Of a DNA stretch of 64,000 nt, positions 59,333 through 64,000 are shown one piece after another. The DNA is from an uncultured Lachnospiraceae bacterium (GTDB taxonomy: Bacteria > Bacillota > Clostridia > Lachnospirales > Lachnospiraceae). Every line of letters starts with the position of its first letter. The stretch's first letter is position 1. Both the position numbers and the translations under genes were made by a program. The notes under the pieces were generated by a model. The model searched no databases. It was not told the DNA's origin and saw only the letters and a list, made by a program, of their open reading frames with translations. Location of the stretch: positions 732 through 64,731 of the forward strand of contig CAZNAP010000003.1 of assembly GCA_964571145.1 (NCBI GenBank), in the 5' to 3' direction.

Positions 59333-62300
59333 TTATCTCTTTTGTACACCAATTACCGCATTTTCACCATTGATATTCCATTCTTTTTCAACTGCCAAGT
59401 CCTTGTTTGACACTATTTCATCTGCCAAAACCTTTTGAGCTATGGAATCTTTGTTCTTCATAACCAGTGCAGACAGCTTTTCATTGTCTTTAATCGATAC
59501 TGAAATATGATCCATTACTTCAAATCCGGCATCTTTACGCATGGTCTGAATCTTACTGATGATTTCATATACAAAGCCTTCTTCCAGCAGTTCTTCTGTC
59601 AGGTTGGTATCAAGCACTACGGTCATCTGATTATCAGCTTCAGAAATATAGCCTTCTTTATGATTCATTTCGATGAGTAAGTCTTCTTCTGTCAAAGCAA
59701 CTTCTGTTCCGTCTACGTCAAATTTCAATGCGCCTACAGATTTCAGTTCATCCATAGCTTTATTTCCATCCAGTGAAGCCAGTGTTTTCTGGATTCCGCC
59801 AAGCTGCTTGCCATATTTCGGTCCAACCGTACGAAGCTGAGGCTTAAAGGTATAGCTGGTAAAGTCTCTGACATCATCTGTAAATACCACCTTTTTCACA
59901 TTCAACTCATCTTCAATAATTTCTTGATAAAAATCAGAAAGCTCAAAAGGTGCTTTGATAAACATGGTTCCAATTGGCTGACGATTCTTGATGTTAGCTG
60001 CATTTCTGCAGGCACGACCCATTACGACAGCATCCAGAACTTCTTCCATATCATCTTCCAGCTTTTGATCAATACGTGCAGTATCAGCTACCGGGAAATC
60101 ACAAAGATGAACAGATTCCGGTGCTTTGTCATCTACGCTACAAACCAGATTTCTGTAAATATCTTCAGTCATAAACGGAATCATAGGAGCTGCACATTTA
60201 CAAACATCTACCAGAGCTGTATAAAGTGTCATGTAAGCATTGATTTTATCCTGCTCCATGCCCTTAGCCCAGAAACGCTCACGACTTCTTCTGACATACC
60301 AGTTACTCATTTCATCCACAAAACCATCCAGTGCTCTGGCAGCTTCCGGAATTCTATAGTTTGCCAAATGTTCATCCACCTGTTTGATTAACGTATTGAG
60401 TTTCGACAAAAGCCATTTATCCATAACCGGCAATTGATCATAATCCAAGGTGTAGTTTGTAGGATTAAAATGATCAATATTTGCATAAAGCACAAAGAAC
60501 GCATAGGTGTTCCACAGGGTTCCCATGAATTTACGCTGTCCTTCCATTACTGCCTTGCCATGGAAACGATTGGGCAGCCAAGGTGCAGAATTAATATAGA
60601 AATACCAACGGATTGCATCAGCGCCATAGGTTTCCAATGCATCAAAAGGATCTACTGCATTACCCTTGGACTTACTCATTTTCTGTCCATTTTCATCCTG
60701 CACATGTCCCAGAACAATAACATTTTCATATGGTGCTTTGTTAAACAGCAAAGTAGATTCAGCCAGTAAGGAATAGAACCATCCTCTGGTCTGGTCTACA
60801 GCTTCTGAAATAAACTGTGCCGGGAACTGCTTCTCAAATACCTCTTTATTTTCAAAAGGATAATGGTGCTGCGCAAAAGGCATGGCACCTGAATCAAACC
60901 AGCAGTCAATTACTTCGGGTACACGTTTCATAACGCCGCCGCATTTTGGACAGGTACAAGTAATTTCATCAATATAAGGTCTGTGCAGCTCTACGGTCTT
61001 AGCCGCAGGATTACCACTCATTTTCTCCAGTTCCTCACGGCTTCCGATTGATTCCATGTGTCCGCAGGAGCATTCCCATACATTCAAAGGAGTTCCCCAG
61101 TAACGGTTACGGGATACGCCCCAGTCCTGAATATTCTCTAACCAGTCGCCAAAACGTCCTTTTCCAATAGATTCGGGAATCCAATTAATCGTATTGTTAT
61201 TGCGAATCAAATCCTCTTTAACAGCTGTCATCTTGATAAACCAAGATTCTCTTGCATAGTAAATAAGGGGTGTATCACATCTCCAACAGAAAGGATAATC
61301 ATGCTCAAATTTCGGTGCATCAAACAGTTTGCCTTCTTTGTCCAAATCCTTCAAGATTTCCGGATCGGCCTTCTTAACAAACAAACCTGCATAAGGTGTC
61401 TCATCTGTCATATTACCTTTGCCATCAACAAACTGTACAAAAGGAAGGTCATAACGACGTCCTACCTGTGCATCATCCTCACCGAATGCCGGTGCAATAT
61501 GAACAATCCCGGTACCGTCTGTCATTGTGACATATGTGTCACATGTTACAAAATGACCTTTCTTTTTCTGCTTGGCAGCGCCTTCTCCTGCACAGGCGAA
61601 AAGCGGTTCATATGCTTTATATTCTAAATCAGTTCCTTTATAAGTCTCCAACACTTCATAGGCCGGTGCTTCTTCGGTTGCCAAATTTCCCAGCACCTTC
61701 TCCAGCAAAGCTTGCGCCATATAATAGGTATAGCCGTCAGCTGCTTTCACCTTGCAATAGGTTTCGTCAGGATTCACACACAGTGCAACGTTAGAGGGCA
61801 ATGTCCAAGGCGTTGTGGTCCATGCCAGAAAATAGGCATCTTCTCCCACAACCTTAAATCTGACAACTGCAGAACGTTCTTTAACTGCCTTATAACCCTG
61901 TGCTACCTCATGTGATGAAAGAGGGGTGCCACATCTGGGGCAATAAGGAACAATCTTAAATCCTTTATAAAGAAGCTTTTTATCCCAAATCTGCTTCAAA
62001 GCCCACCACTCGGACTCGATAAAGTCATCATGATAGGTAACATAGGGATTATCCATGTCTGCCCAGAAACCAACTGTACCTGAGAAGTCTTCCCACATAC
62101 CTTTGTATTTCCAAACACTTTCTTTACATTTAGAAATGAAAGGGTCTAAACCATATTCTTCAATCTGCTCTTTGCCATCTAAACCAAGGAGTTTCTCTAC
62201 TTCCAGCTCTACCGGCAGTCCGTGGGTATCCCAGCCTGCTTTACGGGGAACCATGTAGCCTTTCATGGTTCTGTATCTGGGAATCATATCTTTAATAACA

Positions 62301-62485
62301 CGTGTCAGTACGTGGCCGATATGCGGTTTGCCGTTTGCTGTCGGCGGTCCGTCATAAAAAGTATAGGTTTCTCCCTCTTTACGGTTTTCCATACTTTTCT
62401 CGAAAATATTGTTTTCACGCCAGAACTTCTCAGTTTCTTTTTCGCGTTCTACGAAATTTAGATTTGTTGATACTTTTTGATACAT
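59333..62485 (-). CDS. ileS: Isoleucine--tRNA ligase (type 2)
   Basis: DGPPTANGKPHIGH, WTTTPWTLP and KMSKS motifs; 1050 aa with a long IleRS2-type C-terminus. Confidence 0.95.
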   Translation of the reverse strand: MYQKVSTNLNFVEREKETEKFWRENNIFEKSMENRKEGETYTFYDGPPTANGKPHIGHVLTRVIKDMIPRYRTMKGYMVPRKAGWDTHGLPVELEVEKLLGLDGKEQIEEYGLDPFISKCKESVWKYKGMWEDFSGTVGFWADMDNPYVTYHDDFIESEWWALKQIWDKKLLYKGFKIVPYCPRCGTPLSSHEVAQGYKAVKERSAVVRFKVVGEDAYFLAWTTTPWTLPSNVALCVNPDETYCKVKAADGYTYYMAQALLEKVLGNLATEEAPAYEVLETYKGTDLEYKAYEPLFACAGEGAAKQKKKGHFVTCDTYVTMTDGTGIVHIAPAFGEDDAQVGRRYDLPFVQFVDGKGNMTDETPYAGLFVKKADPEILKDLDKEGKLFDAPKFEHDYPFCWRCDTPLIYYARESWFIKMTAVKEDLIRNNNTINWIPESIGKGRFGDWLENIQDWGVSRNRYWGTPLNVWECSCGHMESIGSREELEKMSGNPAAKTVELHRPYIDEITCTCPKCGGVMKRVPEVIDCWFDSGAMPFAQHHYPFENKEVFEKQFPAQFISEAVDQTRGWFYSLLAESTLLFNKAPYENVIVLGHVQDENGQKMSKSKGNAVDPFDALETYGADAIRWYFYINSAPWLPNRFHGKAVMEGQRKFMGTLWNTYAFFVLYANIDHFNPTNYTLDYDQLPVMDKWLLSKLNTLIKQVDEHLANYRIPEAARALDGFVDEMSNWYVRRSRERFWAKGMEQDKINAYMTLYTALVDVCKCAAPMIPFMTEDIYRNLVCSVDDKAPESVHLCDFPVADTARIDQKLEDDMEEVLDAVVMGRACRNAANIKNRQPIGTMFIKAPFELSDFYQEIIEDELNVKKVVFTDDVRDFTSYTFKPQLRTVGPKYGKQLGGIQKTLASLDGNKAMDELKSVGALKFDVDGTEVALTEEDLLIEMNHKEGYISEADNQMTVVLDTNLTEELLEEGFVYEIISKIQTMRKDAGFEVMDHISVSIKDNEKLSALVMKNKDSIAQKVLADEIVSNKDLAVEKEWNINGENAVIGVQKR

Positions 62486-62554
62486 CTCGTTCTCCTCTCG
62501 TTTCTTATAGCACGGCAGACATTTTCCTCATTGCTCGCTTATATCCGTGCAAAA

Positions 62555-62800
62555 TAAGAAACCTCGTCCTGTAAAAAGGACGAGGTCATAATTTACTCGT
62601 TAACCACCTGTTTACTCATACGCACCGATTGGCTACGGCTTAATATGCTTTCCTGTAACGGAGGACTCCGGCAAGACTTACTTGAATTTCAGTCCGCAGC
62701 TCAGAAGTGATTTTCTCTGTTCATCTACTAATACCGGCTTCCACCTGTTCCGGCTCGCTGTGATGTTTGAAAAACAGTTACTGTCTTCGTCATTGCTTTT
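62555..62800 (-). ncRNA. T-box riboswitch (Ile) leader of ileS
   Basis: Minus strand: GCAATGA GA motif, AGCGAG/GGTGGAA apex, specifier GAAA-ATC-AC (ATC at 62709-62711), T-box AGG-TGGTTAA-CGAG, terminator ACCTCGTCC/GGACGAGGT at 62561-62586. Confidence 0.9.
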
Positions 62801-62809
62801 ATATTCTCA

Positions 62810-62839
62810 AAAGTACACCATAAGCGCTTGCTTTGTCAA
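62810..62839 (-). promoter_or_regulatory. Sigma-A promoter of the ileS leader
   Basis: TTGACA-N18-TACTTT immediately upstream of the T-box. Confidence 0.55.
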
Positions 62840-62878
62840 GAGCTATTTGAATCTGCGGCTGTCTTCTTGTCTGCAGTC

Positions 62879-64000
62879 TTAGGCTGCATTTACCTTGGCT
62901 AGCTTTTTCTTCTGCACAATAATAATCGTAATTGCTATGCTAATCGATACAATGAGCAGTCCGCCCAGTGATGCAATACCTAATATCTTTTGTATATGCA
63001 GATAGTTGACTGCTTCTGAGGAAGACTTCTCTGCCAGCTCCAGGAACTTCATGGAATTGCTAAAAATCCGACGATTAATATAGATCCATATGCACCCTGC
63101 TTCTGCAATCAACAAAATAATATTGGTAAGTAAAGCCGGCCAAATCCTAATCGGTTTCTTTTCCTTCGGTTGCTCATTGGAGCGAACTTTTTTCCGCATA
63201 AAGAGAAGGCTCATCAAAATCACAAGTATACTAATGCCAAGCGTAATCAGAAGTGGCAAATACTGTACCAAACCAGCTTTCACATTCTCGCCGCTGACCA
63301 ACTTGGAGCCTTTGAATAAGGTCAATGCCATCTTGGAGCAATTTCCGTTGCTGTCAAACGCTTCAATCTCGATTACGTTTTCTCCTAAAGCTAAATCTGC
63401 AAGATACTCAAATTCGCCCTGTTCGCTTATGGGCGTTTCTGTGCCGTTAATAGTCAATTTATTACTTCCGGTCACCAGTCCGATTATGGTTACTTCATCT
63501 TCATAAAAAGTCTTGCCATCCAGATTGTCAAACAAACGAATTGCCGGAGGATTTGTATCATAGTAAACAGTTGTATTGATGACAAACCATACCGAGTCAT
63601 CACATGCCAGCTCTGCCAGTATTTTATTTTCCCCTGCTGCCAGACTAAAGGATAAATTTCCTTCTCCTGTTACATTGTATGTACCGGCTTCTTCATTCAC
63701 TTGGGCAACTAATTCTCTCTCTGCATTAACCTTGTATTCTATGACCGCCTGCGCTGACGAAGTTACTTCTGTGGTTGCCAGCTTTAAGTATTCATCCTGA
63801 AGCTGAATCGTCTTTTCCTTAGGGGCTGACCATACATTATTATCCTTATAGTAAAGCTTGATTTGCAGCTCAGTGGCATTTTCCGAAAAGAGGACACGGT
63901 TTGCTGTAACACTCCCATCGAAATCACCGTTATAAAGAACTTCATTCTGGTCATTAACAACTACCTTATATGCATCATGACCCCAATCGGTAAATTCTGA
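62879..64000 (-). CDS. Membrane-anchored protein with Ig-like/beta-sandwich extracellular domain (5' end outside window)
   Basis: The frame stays open from the window edge (SEFTDWGHDAYK...); DTNPPAI and LALGENVIEIEAFDSNGN Ig-like pattern; three C-terminal TM helices. Confidence 0.65.
   Translation of the reverse strand, partial: SEFTDWGHDAYKVVVNDQNEVLYNGDFDGSVTANRVLFSENATELQIKLYYKDNNVWSAPKEKTIQLQDEYLKLATTEVTSSAQAVIEYKVNAERELVAQVNEEAGTYNVTGEGNLSFSLAAGENKILAELACDDSVWFVINTTVYYDTNPPAIRLFDNLDGKTFYEDEVTIIGLVTGSNKLTINGTETPISEQGEFEYLADLALGENVIEIEAFDSNGNCSKMALTLFKGSKLVSGENVKAGLVQYLPLLITLGISILVILMSLLFMRKKVRSNEQPKEKKPIRIWPALLTNIILLIAEAGCIWIYINRRIFSNSMKFLELAEKSSSEAVNYLHIQKILGIASLGGLLIVSISIAITIIIVQKKKLAKVNAA

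Noticed and set aside
59333-62485. Acquired mupirocin-resistance ileS2
   Set aside because: Type 2 IleRS is the usual chromosomal form in many Clostridia, and here it has a native T-box and no mobile context.

Overview
Chromosomal window of a low-GC, spore-forming Clostridia bacterium, most likely Lachnospiraceae (inferred from gene content and order). From left to right it holds: a partial CotH-family kinase gene; a pseudaminic-acid (Pse) glycan locus split into two convergent operons (pseF-pseI-pseG on +; a stand-alone Spo0A C-terminal domain, pseC, a GT2::sialyltransferase-like fusion, a PLP decarboxylase and an ATP-grasp protein on -); mpg; a serine hydrolase; a full phosphate cluster (pstSCAB-phoU-Na/Pi symporter-phoP/phoR); mfd, pth, spoVG, glgCD and murC; dnaD/dnaC-like genes preceded by a DnaA-box cluster; prs; a GT2 gene plus a membrane protein fused to an M3 peptidase; plsC; an alpha/beta hydrolase-murF-ddl-vanX-like cluster with an apparent deletion scar; a degenerate GH9 lipoprotein; an amidohydrolase; spoIIQ/spoIID; a sigma28/CsrA-type flagellar-regulon gene; DUF368; a broken DUF4258/YgiT toxin-antitoxin pair; an aconitase-like hydratase; PPK2; glgP; and T-box-controlled ileS. 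The most unusual non-coding structure is a pair of intergenic arrays in the Pse locus. In each, short inverted motifs enclose fixed-length but variable inserts: six TAGCC-N22-GGCTA units with 61-63 bp period at 1546-1890, and four TGGGCA-N24-TGCCCA units at 6144-6377. There is also a dispersed REP-like palindrome (TAGTCACTCGGTGACTA). No rRNA, tRNA, canonical CRISPR array, cas gene, transposase or integrase was recognised. All family assignments are by motif recognition only; no searches were run.
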